Shown here one piece after another: positions 8,074 through 16,327 of a stretch of DNA of 32,000 nucleotides. Every line of letters begins with the position of its first letter. Positions within the stretch are counted from its first letter, which is position 1. The stretch is from Nitrosococcus oceani ATCC 19707. GTDB taxonomy: Bacteria > Pseudomonadota > Gammaproteobacteria > Nitrosococcales > Nitrosococcaceae. Where the stretch lies: assembly GCF_000012805.1 (NCBI RefSeq), contig NC_007484.1, forward strand, positions 2,220,001 to 2,252,000, given 5' to 3'. The notes below the pieces were generated by a model. The model was given only the letters and a program-made list of their open reading frames with translations. It was not told the DNA's origin and did not search any database. The translations under genes and the position numbers were made by a program.

Positions 8074-9642
8074 TCAATTAGAATCGGAGACGAATTTCAG
8101 CTCGGTAGAAGCATATCGTTTACGAGTTTTTTCTATAGCCCAATGGAAAAGCAAGCTATACTCCCTACCTGAATAGGTTCCTGATGCTGGACGGGGGACA
8201 TCAAGATTTAATATCTCTACAAGCGAGCTAAGCTGGGCTTTGGAAAGATACCATCCCAAGGTTCCGTACCGTATCCTCCGAAATAGTTGAACCCTCACCT
8301 CCTCCGCCATGCGCCGTACGATAGCTTGCTCATGAGGTTGACTTCTAAGCTTTCTTTCTCGAAACTGGAGAAAATCATCCCAAGACGCTTCAGTAAACAT
8401 TGTCGAAATATTGCTAGCAATCCACGTAGGTTGTGTGACAGCCTTCTTGATATTACCAAAAGACTGCCTTGACACTCCCGCTTCTTCAGCTATTCGCCGC
8501 GGGATAGGCCGGTCATACCAGCCACCTAACCGGAATTTAGCCATCTCATGGGATAATGAAATTTGATTAAGCTCAGGCCGTCTGTACATAGTTAATAGGG
8601 GAATGGGTAAATTCAGGAAACCTACCCGTAGCCGAAATTCAGACATAGAACCACCGAGGCCACCGGTTGTAGACCGCCCGTAGCGATGGTGGTTGACATT
8701 TTTAGTGGTGACCTTCCATAAGCCATCGCCGAAATCACCCTTGACGAAAATTCGCTTCTCAAGCGCGGTACTCAAGGGCGCATAAACAACATCGTCGCCA
8801 CCGTTTCCGCTAGCCAGGAATTCAGCCTCGGGGTACTGTTCCAATTTAAGATATGCTTCCCGTTCAATTGGCAACAAGGTAACTTCTAGTGCCTTGGCAA
8901 TATCCGTTGCATCCTCCATATGTCCATGCCGCGAATCAGCAAACGTTACTGCTTCTGTACAGCCAATTGACTTAACAAGCGCGGTACATGCTGGGGAATC
9001 ATAACCCGTTGAAAGCGAGCTTAGGGGAGTATACTGAATAGTTCGTGCCGAATCCGTAGCATTATCGTAAATAGCACGAATAATTTTAACGAGGTAGTCA
9101 ATATACCCCGTATAATCGGTAAACGCAGGAGGCGTGGGGCGAGATATTCGCCGCTGAACTAGGTCATGGCCAACCGCAATGCCATCATGATAGTGAAGAG
9201 TAGCCTGGTGCTTTTCATCGAGGGGAACTGAAGTTAGCGCTTTGTTATGCCCTTGCAGAATTGAGAAAAAATCTGTTTCGTAAAAGCCATAACTACCTAA
9301 TAGCTGTTGTGAACTAGCCTCTAGCAGGTAACAGAAGGAGTTAGAAATATACAATACATTGCCATTGCGTATGCTATGTAACCGCTCGGTCGGGTAAGTT
9401 GCAGGAAAAAAAAATACTTCGTTAGCTCTAAGAGCACCGCCCGATCCTAATAAGACTTCAGAATCGTGAAGTTCGCCCTTGGAAAAATCGCCTAACCAAG
9501 CACCCTCAACAAAAAAAGTAGCTGTCTGTTCTACCCAAGAACCGTGCTCGACGACTACTGTATCATTCCCTTTAGTGATGCTCGCACACCACGCCAAGCG
9601 GGGAATTGTAGCGTTTTCACGATAACAAAAACGAAAACTCAT
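8074..9642 (-). CDS. Uncharacterised AsnB-superfamily-like PP-loop protein, paralog C (no Cys2)
   Basis: 522-aa ORF with L-S-T-G-Y-D-S at 8995..9015. It is colinear with paralog A along its whole length: IPRLAWCAS, VVVEHGSWVEQ, FFVEGAW, LLGSGGAL, ERLHSIRNGNVLYISNSFCYLLEA, DSARTIQYTPLSSLSTGYDSPAC, TEAVTF, PEAEFLASGNGGDDVV, SEFRLRVGF.N.PIPLLTM, YDRPIPRRIAEEAGVSRQSFGNIKKAVTQPTW. Confidence 0.75.
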   Translation of the reverse strand: MSFRFCYRENATIPRLAWCASITKGNDTVVVEHGSWVEQTATFFVEGAWLGDFSKGELHDSEVLLGSGGALRANEVFFFPATYPTERLHSIRNGNVLYISNSFCYLLEASSQQLLGSYGFYETDFFSILQGHNKALTSVPLDEKHQATLHYHDGIAVGHDLVQRRISRPTPPAFTDYTGYIDYLVKIIRAIYDNATDSARTIQYTPLSSLSTGYDSPACTALVKSIGCTEAVTFADSRHGHMEDATDIAKALEVTLLPIEREAYLKLEQYPEAEFLASGNGGDDVVYAPLSTALEKRIFVKGDFGDGLWKVTTKNVNHHRYGRSTTGGLGGSMSEFRLRVGFLNLPIPLLTMYRRPELNQISLSHEMAKFRLGGWYDRPIPRRIAEEAGVSRQSFGNIKKAVTQPTWIASNISTMFTEASWDDFLQFRERKLRSQPHEQAIVRRMAEEVRVQLFRRIRYGTLGWYLSKAQLSSLVEILNLDVPRPASGTYSGREYSLLFHWAIEKTRKRYASTELKFVSDSN

Positions 9643-10258
9643 ACCCTACTCACTAGCATTTTTCTTTGGCTCGATAGCCATCTGGAAGAAAGGAAGCGCT
9701 CACCTCAAGGAGATTCTCACATAGCGAAGGAGAGCACTAATTGGAATTTTACTAGTCGGTGAGATAAATCCTGAATAGTGAATATACCAGAGGAAAATAC
9801 CATGGGCTAGAATAACAGAAGAAGACATGTATGAATAGCTGCACCACAGCCCTTACCGAATAGCGCAATGATAAAATCATTGGTGATGGTAGTTTGAGAA
9901 ACTAAGAAGATAATGGCCATAAGCTGACCAAAATACAAAAATATGATCAAAAACCTTCTTCTATATTTGACTTAATTCACAAAGGCTGACAGGAAATTAC
10001 CTATAAAAACCACCCTGTGTTAACGGCTTAATAATGACTTTACCATAAGAACTATTCTAACAGACAGTTTTAAGTATGATCGGGAAGATAAACTCCTTGA
10101 CTAATGATCTTAATTAAAGATATATGGTCCACCCCAGCATCGAGGGCAAAAATATAGATAAATTATACAGCGAAGCTTTAAAGAATCAAAGATAAATCTA
10201 GCAGCGGGGGAGTACTCAGCCGATTACGAAGCCTGCAGAAAACCGGCTAAAATAGCCT

Positions 10259-10288
10259 GAGCGGAGTCCATCACTCGGACTCACGCTC
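10259..10288 (-). terminator. Stem-loop (possible relic intrinsic terminator) in the decayed region
   Basis: gagcg-gagtcc [atcactc] ggactc-a-cgctc forms 11 bp with one bulged base. On the minus strand it is followed by a partial U-run (aggctatttta) and spans the stop of a decayed reading frame (...GFGVEINERESE*). Confidence 0.25.
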
Positions 10289-10689
10289 GTTAATCTCTAC
10301 TCCAAAACCGTAGTAAATCGTCTCTAACATAAAGCGAACCAACACATAAGTAGCTAATACGCCCTAAACGATAGCAATCGGCAAACACCAGCCATCAAAG
10401 ACAGTTATTCGCTCGCGTTTCCCTGCAATGACAATGGCTAGGCCGCCCGGCTAAATATCTAAACAACCCTTTGTCATCAGGCGCAAATTCAGAGCTTGTA
10501 ATAGTTCTAAAAAAGAGATTTATATCGCCGCTATCCTCACTGCCAACAAAAAGCTCCCTCTTTTAATATCAATTATTATAACCAACTTGTCTGCACCGGG
10601 AACTTCAACTGTATACCAGGACAGAGCTAATCGCATCAGAGAAGCGGTAAACAAACACAACCAACCTAATTATTGGAACTCCAAAACAT

Positions 10690-10878
10690 ATGTTTTATTT
10701 TCACGCTGGTATGCACAAAACCAGTACCACTTTTATGCAAAAAAATGTCCTTCCACAATTCCACGGTATTAAATATCTGCCTCCCTGGTCACCTTTTGAT
10801 TACTTTCTTCGCTTGCATGATAAAGAGAATTACTTGTACTCCAATGAAAGATTAGCAAGGTTACTGTGGGCTCCCTAG
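10690..10878 (+). pseudogene. N-terminal fragment of a sulfotransferase-fold-like gene (decayed)
   Basis: 62-aa ORF MFYFHAGMHKTSTTFMQKNVLP... whose H-x-G-M-x-K-T-[SG]-T-T start resembles the 5'-PSB/P-loop-like N-terminus of sulfotransferase-fold proteins. After the stop, fragments continue in other frames (..EQRISGLFPAVAHFNKF*, FRCHDGFIVSS..) up to the IS end. The call is weak. Confidence 0.3.
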
Positions 10879-11004
10879 CCCCAAACTGACTCCAGCTTAG
10901 AACAGCGTATTAGTGGCTTATTTCCAGCCGTCGCGCATTTTAATAAGTTTTAGATGCCACGATGGATTTATAGTATCTTCTTTAATAAATAATTAATCCT
11001 TAGG

Positions 11005-11610
11005 TAACCCCCTGGCTGCGCCGGAGGGACTAGCATAGGTTTGACTGAAGCTATTATGGTTTCCCTAGCCTTCGCATTTCGACCAAGAAGTGTGAAGGAG
11101 CCACCTATGCCAGACTACAAGCGTCTGACCCATACGAAATGGGGCTGCAAATACCATGTAGTTTTTATTCCTAAGAAGAGACGGGAGTGGATTTACGGCA
11201 ACTTACGGAAATATTGGGGAGAGATTTTTCGCGCGTTAGCCACTCGCAGAAGGGTGGAGATTGTAGAGGGGCCTTTGATGAGAGACCATGTTCATATTTG
11301 CCTCAATATACCTCCAAAGTATTCGGTTTCTCAGGTGGTGGGCTATCTCAAGGGTAAGAGTGCCATTGCGATAGCGAGAAGGTTTCGTGGAAAGCAAAGG
11401 AAGTTCAATGGGGAACATTTCTGGGCATGAGGGTATTTTGTGTCCACGGTAGGTCTCGATGAGAGGGTAGCGCGAGAGTACCATTCGGAACCAAGAGAAG
11501 AATGATGAGTATAGAGATCAGTTGAAGCTTGGTATGTGAGCGTCTTGGGCGCTATAAAAGCCCTTTGAGGGCGTCACACAATAAGCCTCCGGCTTTGCCG
11601 GAGGTCCTTT
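11005..11610 (+). mobile_element. IS200/IS605-family element (IS200-type, tnpA only), inactivated
   Basis: A tnpA pseudogene is flanked by two similar subterminal hairpins that share the 3' arm GCCGGAGG. The left hairpin is cccctggc-tgc-gccggagg (11009..11027, imperfect). The right hairpin is cctccggc-ttt-gccggagg (11586..11604, perfect 8 bp). Element boundaries are approximate. Confidence 0.6.
11107..11539 (+). pseudogene. tnpA: IS200-type Y1 (HUH) transposase TnpA with an in-frame TGA and a 1-nt frameshift
   Basis: ATG at 11107 is preceded by GAAGGAG. The sequence reads MPDYKRLTHTKWGCKYHVVFIPKKRR...RDHVHICLNIPPKYSVSQVVGYLKGKSA...GEHFWA, with the HUH motif (H-V-H) at 11287..11295. The TGA at 11428..11430 sits where family members have Arg (W-A-R-G-Y). 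The frame then reads GYFVSTVGLDERVAREY. An extra base near 11482 breaks the expected YIRNQEKNDE...LKLGM* tail, which ends at 11539. Confidence 0.8.
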
Positions 11611-11774
11611 AACTTCTTCATGAAGATGGTATGTTGAAATTTGAAGAATACTTTTTATATTAACAACGATCGAGGCTATATGAAGAAAGATCAATTTCTT
11701 TACAAAAAAAGGATTTATTCCAAAATAAAGCATTAATGAGCAACTTTCAAAAATTTTTCCAGCAGCTTCTTACC

Positions 11775-12722
11775 TTAATCTCTACGAGGCAAAGCCAACA
11801 ACCCTAGTAGCACAGCAAACCACAATGTGGCCAATCGTATAAACAGGGTACAGGCAACGGCTTGAGCCTCTCCCATGCCATTTAACAGCAACAGCCCTAT
11901 CATCGTAACCTCAGCGCTACCCAGCCCTCCCGGCAAAAAACTCAGTGCCCCAACAAGCATAGAAAAGGCATAAATAAACACCGCCTCAATGAGGCTAATC
12001 TCCCCACCCATCCAATTAGCCACATAATATAGTCCTAGCCCTTCAGCACCCCAGGCAAAAAAGCCCAAGGAAATAGCATAAACCATCGTGGAAAAAGCAA
12101 AACAGCGGCGGAAATGCAAAACCATCTCGATGATCGAGATTAAAAAACTCCTCAGCCGCGGCCTAGAGAAACGCTCTACCCAGGTCTCTATTCCTCGGAG
12201 CCAACGGGGAATATGCAATAATATAAGTCCCATGACCAAGGCTATTCCAAGGCCAAGAATAATTGGCTGAGCCCTCTCATGACGCCAAGCTCCTGCCGCT
12301 ATCAAAATAAGCACCGCGATGAGATCGCAAAGACGTTCCGCAAAGAAGGCTGCTAAGCTTTTCGAGTAAGGTACCCCATGGTGTTTTAAAAACACGCTCC
12401 GAAGCATTTCCCCCGCTTTACCTGGGGTAGTGGTCAACGCAAATCCAGCCAAATAGATACGAAGGCTTGGTTCCAGAGAAAGCGGGTGCCCAAGTAACTG
12501 CAGATAATGCTGCCAACGTACGAAACGCAATCCATAGTTCACTAAGGAAAGCCCTAATACAATCACAGTACCCCAAAAACCGACAGCGCCTATAGTCTGT
12601 AATACTTCACGCCAACCGCCCCAGAGGGAAACGCCTAAGTAACCGGCGGCGGAAAACGCCACCGAGAGCAAGAACACCCGATAACGCCACCCCTGCAACG
12701 ATTTCAATTCGGTACTTGCCAT
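11775..12722 (-). CDS. Flippase-like / lysylphosphatidylglycerol-synthase-TM-domain family (UPF0104) membrane protein
   Basis: 315-aa polytopic ORF with the family-typical loop LTTTPGKAGEMLRSVFLK and C-terminal FLPGGLGSAEV. It is the last gene of the pentose-donor operon, 10 nt after the UbiA-like gene. Confidence 0.6.
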   Translation of the reverse strand: MASTELKSLQGWRYRVFLLSVAFSAAGYLGVSLWGGWREVLQTIGAVGFWGTVIVLGLSLVNYGLRFVRWQHYLQLLGHPLSLEPSLRIYLAGFALTTTPGKAGEMLRSVFLKHHGVPYSKSLAAFFAERLCDLIAVLILIAAGAWRHERAQPIILGLGIALVMGLILLHIPRWLRGIETWVERFSRPRLRSFLISIIEMVLHFRRCFAFSTMVYAISLGFFAWGAEGLGLYYVANWMGGEISLIEAVFIYAFSMLVGALSFLPGGLGSAEVTMIGLLLLNGMGEAQAVACTLFIRLATLWFAVLLGLLALPRRD

Positions 12723-12732
12723 GACCGGGATA

Positions 12733-13605
12733 CTAGCGGATCAACCAAAACGTAAGGGCCATCCAGCCTACCACCGAAATCAGGATATGGGGGTCGCGCA
12801 TCAAATCACGAGAAGGCTCTCCGCCCTTTCCCCGGTGGTGGAGTAGAAAAATATAACGAAAGATAGCGTACATTACGAATGGCAATGTATAGATAAGATT
12901 TTCAGTTTGGTGAACCCGGATCGTTTCCGGACTCATGGTATAGAGGCCATACGACATCAAGACACAAGCCGCAGTCACGGTAATCATTTTATCAAGCAGA
13001 ATAGGGCTGTAATAAGCCAACACCCGACGGTGTTCTGCCTTGCCTTCTCGTAGCGCCATTATCTCAGCGCGACGCTTAGCAAAACCTAAAAACAAAGTCA
13101 ACATTAGAGAACACAACACTAACCATTGAGAAGGGGGAATACCCACACCAACCGTGCCTGCTAAAATACGCAATAAAAACCCCGCAGCAATAATAAACAC
13201 ATCTAAAAGCACCACATGTTTAAGCTTAAATGAATAAGCAAGATTCATAAAAGCGTAGCCCAGCAGGATTAACAGCCCAGCTTGGGAAACCCATAAACCC
13301 AGTCCCAAACTAAGCATAAGCAAGATAACCGCCAAGCGGACGGCCACCCCTACTCCTACAATACCGGCAGCGAGGGGGCGGTGCTGCTTGATAGGATGGT
13401 TACGATCACTTTCCCGATCAGTCAGATCGTTAATGATATAGATAGCACTGGAAAGTAGAGAAAAAGCTACAGCCATAGCGATCACTTGAGCAATCAAGGG
13501 AAGATCGCTCCAAGCATGGCTGAAGAACATGCCCACGAAAACAAAGCTATTTTTCAGCCATTGCTGAGGCCGCATAAGATGCAACAAAGCGAGGGGATGA
13601 TTCAA
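12733..13605 (-). CDS. UbiA-family polyprenyl-phosphate 5-phosphoribosyltransferase (decaprenyl-phosphate phosphoribosyltransferase-like)
   Basis: 290 aa, starting MRPQQWLKNSFVF, with an Asp-rich motif INDLTDRESDRNHPIKQHRPLAAG (NDxxDxxxD) and a second block LLDVFIIAAGFLLRILAG. This pattern matches the Rv3806c-type subfamily rather than quinone prenyltransferases. The track start is TTG at 13605 (GGAG 9 nt upstream); an alternative ATG lies at 13575. Confidence 0.75.
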   Translation of the reverse strand: MNHPLALLHLMRPQQWLKNSFVFVGMFFSHAWSDLPLIAQVIAMAVAFSLLSSAIYIINDLTDRESDRNHPIKQHRPLAAGIVGVGVAVRLAVILLMLSLGLGLWVSQAGLLILLGYAFMNLAYSFKLKHVVLLDVFIIAAGFLLRILAGTVGVGIPPSQWLVLCSLMLTLFLGFAKRRAEIMALREGKAEHRRVLAYYSPILLDKMITVTAACVLMSYGLYTMSPETIRVHQTENLIYTLPFVMYAIFRYIFLLHHRGKGGEPSRDLMRDPHILISVVGWMALTFWLIR

Positions 13606-14231
13606 GGGAGGCGCTCCACAGGAAACCGACGGTAATAAGGATAATCGGCATAATCCAACAATGCTTGATCTCCCCTGCTATCCCCATAAGCATATAAACG
13701 ATAGCGACGACGTTCTCCTAGTAACGCTGCCAGGCGCCGGAGTTTTTCCTCGCCATAGCAGTTTTTTCCGCTCAACCGCCCAGTCACCAAGCCAGTAGGC
13801 GTCAACTCTAAACCCGAACAGAGCACCTCCGTAAAAGCCATACTCTCAGCCCAAGGCTTCAAGTAAAGATCCAATGAAGCACTTATTAGAATACAGCGAT
13901 GATTCTGGCGTTGATGCCAAGCTAAACGCTGTAAGGCGCGGCGACGTAGCAAGTAAGGGAGTGTAGATTGAATAAAATGCCGCCCTATCTGCTCTAGACC
14001 GGCAAGTTCTTGTCCCGCCAGAAAGCGCATTAAAACTCGCTGTTTGGCCTCATCATTGCTAAGCCTGCCCCCTTTATAGGCAAGCAAGATAGGCGCCAAA
14101 TCCACCATATTCCGGGTGAAGCGGCGAGTCCCAACAACAGCGCGCAAAAAAAGGAGCAGACTATCCCCGTAGGTAAGCGTGCCGTCAAAATCAAAGGCCG
14201 CCACCACAGGTAAATTGCGGTCTGTTTTCAT
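13602..14231 (-). CDS. HAD-superfamily (subfamily IB-like) phosphatase
   Basis: 209 aa with motif I FDFDGTLTYGDS and motif IV YGDSRGDQALL. Its start abuts the SDR stop (TAAATG), and its stop overlaps the UbiA-like start. Confidence 0.7.
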   Translation of the reverse strand: MKTDRNLPVVAAFDFDGTLTYGDSLLLFLRAVVGTRRFTRNMVDLAPILLAYKGGRLSNDEAKQRVLMRFLAGQELAGLEQIGRHFIQSTLPYLLRRRALQRLAWHQRQNHRCILISASLDLYLKPWAESMAFTEVLCSGLELTPTGLVTGRLSGKNCYGEEKLRRLAALLGERRRYRLYAYGDSRGDQALLDYADYPYYRRFPVERLP

Positions 14232-14972
14232 TTAGAGTTTAAGGCGCTTAAATAAGGGCTCTGGGATCATTCGGATAACAAACATAATGTAAAACCAAAA
14301 CCAGGGAACATAAATAACATCCCGGGATCGTTCCAAAGCCGCCACAATCCGCTCACCAACGCTAGCCGGAGAAGCCAGAAGAAAAAGCCCAGGCAAACCA
14401 AAAGTCATCGCAGTATCCACAAACCCTGGTTTGATAGTAAGCACCCGCACGCCAGCAGGAAATAAGCGATTACGCAGACCTTGGAGAAAGAGACTTAGCC
14501 CACCCTTAGCCGCACCATAATAATAATTGCTTTGCCGCCCTCGATCACCGGCTACTGAGGATAAACCAATAATAAAGCCCGCCCCTTTACCTTCCAGATA
14601 AGCAGCGCATTCGCCAAGCAAGGAAACGGCGCCAGTGAAATTGACGGCAATAATTTTCTCTGTTTCTTCAAAATGAGTTTGGGCGAATATCGAGTCACCC
14701 AGATAGCCAATCGCCCATACTACCCCTTCCAAGCCTCCCATAGTTTCAATAACTCGTTCCAGGAATCGACGATGGGCAGCGTAATCCGTGGCATCAACCG
14801 CTCCGTAACGCACTTCCACTTGATATCGAATATTGAGATCGGCTGCAATCCGCGCCAGCTCCGATTCATCCTTCCCGCCCAGATACAAAGAGTGGCCACG
14901 GCGGGCTAGTGCCGCTGCCGTACCGCGGGCGATCGCAGAGGTAGCGCCCAACACCAGAACCGGCCCTCTCAT
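14232..14972 (-). CDS. Short-chain dehydrogenase/reductase, DprE2-like (polyprenyl-phospho-2-keto-pentose reductase candidate)
   Basis: 246 aa with Rossmann motif GATSAIARGTAAALARRG and catalytic SNYYYGAAKGG (YxxxK). The hydrophobic C-terminal tail is VPWFWFYIMFVIRMIPEPLF. An ATGA overlap joins it to the upstream FAD oxidase gene. Confidence 0.7.
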   Translation of the reverse strand: MRGPVLVLGATSAIARGTAAALARRGHSLYLGGKDESELARIAADLNIRYQVEVRYGAVDATDYAAHRRFLERVIETMGGLEGVVWAIGYLGDSIFAQTHFEETEKIIAVNFTGAVSLLGECAAYLEGKGAGFIIGLSSVAGDRGRQSNYYYGAAKGGLSLFLQGLRNRLFPAGVRVLTIKPGFVDTAMTFGLPGLFLLASPASVGERIVAALERSRDVIYVPWFWFYIMFVIRMIPEPLFKRLKL

Positions 14973-16327
14973 GGCGCACCTGTCAGCTGAAGCCGACGCG
15001 AGAGATCGGACTGGAAGCGTTCTTCTGGGTCAATCACCTGTTTAACTTGCTGCCATTCCCCCAGGCGGGGGTACATGGCGCGCAAACTCTCCGGACTCAA
15101 ACGGGCGTCTTTAGCCAAGTACACTCGCCCTCCATAATCGATTACTATCTCATCTAATTGCTGCAATAGGTTAAGCACCTTCTCGCCCCCCATTGGCAAA
15201 TCTAAAGCGAGGGTATAGCCAGCCAAAGGAAAGGACAAAGGGGCGATATTACCTGGACCCAACCGCTTAAGTACCGCCAGAAATGAGGCTTGCCGATTGC
15301 GTGCAAGATATTCTAATAAACAACGTATTCCCTCGTAAGCGTGGGGCTCGGGAATTGCTGCCTGGTATTGCAAAAACCCCCGCTTACCATATAGGCGATT
15401 CCAGTGCGCCAATGTGTCTAAAGGATAGAAAAATGCAGAATAATCAGTCAAAAAGGGAGCTTTTTTACTTCCTTGGCGGTGGTAGTAAAACTCATTAAAA
15501 GCAGCTATGGTAACTCGATTGAGAATAAACGGGGGCAAATTGAATGGAACACTTTTCTGTCGCTTGGGATGAGAGCATAGTGGCTCTTCCCAATCGCCGG
15601 GCAGCTCATCGCGAACGGCGTGATGACCGGTTATGAGAATACCACGGCCAAGGTGGCGGCTACGGCCCGCGCAATCGAGCCAAGCAACGCTGTACTGGTC
15701 ATCATGCTCGGTATCCTCCAGCCATTTAAAAATGGTTTCCAGGTCGGGGACTGTATAATTCCGGGCCATAATAGCAGCCGTCTCAATAGGCATCAGACGG
15801 AAACTCACTTCGGTGATAATGCCGGTTAGCCCCATTCCTCCCACAGTAGCCCAAAATAGGGCTTCGTTCTGGTTAGGAGAACAACGTTGCCGCCGTCCAT
15901 CAGCAAGGATTAACTCTAGCTCTATTACATGAGCGGCAAACGCCTCCTTATGGTGATGGTTTTTACCGTGGACATCGGCGGCTACAGTCCCCCCCAGAGA
16001 AACGTATTGGGTGCCTGGAGTGACTGGAGGGAACCAGCCGCGGGGAACGAAAGTCTCTAGAATTTCTGCTAGAGTCACGCCGGCCTCAGCCGTTAATACG
16101 CCGGTGGCATTGTCAAAGGCCAAAAATCGGTTAAGCCGCTCAGTGAGTATTACGCGACCTTGGGAAGAAATAGCGGCATCCCCATAACTTCGGCCCTGAC
16201 CCCGGCATATCAAATGTTCTTCCCCCAAGACACAGGCTTGCGGCATTTTTTCAGGTCGAATCAGAATCGATTCCGCTACGGGATAACGTCCCCAGCCAGA
16301 AATAGTTTTACTAAGCGAGGCTGCCAT
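14969..16327 (-). CDS. FAD-linked oxidase (PCMH/FAD_binding_4 type), DprE1-like
   Basis: 452 aa. It starts ISGWGRYP and carries the GRGQGRSYGDAAI motif, GGTVAADVHGKNHH and GMGLTGIITEVSF. Size and motifs fit decaprenylphosphoryl-ribose 2'-oxidase-type enzymes. Confidence 0.75.
   Translation of the reverse strand: MAASLSKTISGWGRYPVAESILIRPEKMPQACVLGEEHLICRGQGRSYGDAAISSQGRVILTERLNRFLAFDNATGVLTAEAGVTLAEILETFVPRGWFPPVTPGTQYVSLGGTVAADVHGKNHHHKEAFAAHVIELELILADGRRQRCSPNQNEALFWATVGGMGLTGIITEVSFRLMPIETAAIMARNYTVPDLETIFKWLEDTEHDDQYSVAWLDCAGRSRHLGRGILITGHHAVRDELPGDWEEPLCSHPKRQKSVPFNLPPFILNRVTIAAFNEFYYHRQGSKKAPFLTDYSAFFYPLDTLAHWNRLYGKRGFLQYQAAIPEPHAYEGIRCLLEYLARNRQASFLAVLKRLGPGNIAPLSFPLAGYTLALDLPMGGEKVLNLLQQLDEIVIDYGGRVYLAKDARLSPESLRAMYPRLGEWQQVKQVIDPEERFQSDLSRRLQLTGAP

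Noticed and set aside
740-9642. Idea that the Cys-less AsnB-like genes are lasso-peptide/RiPP cyclases
   Set aside because: I found no short precursor ORF with a leader/core pattern, no transglutaminase-like leader protease, no PqqD-like RRE and no ABC exporter. The context (Wzx flippase, ATP-grasp_ST-like ligase, EPS locus) points to glycan modification instead.
11518-11733. 71-aa reverse ORF downstream of tnpA
   Set aside because: It spans the IS right-end hairpin and AT-rich spacer, has an odd composition and no homology cues. It is better explained as non-coding IS end plus intergenic DNA.
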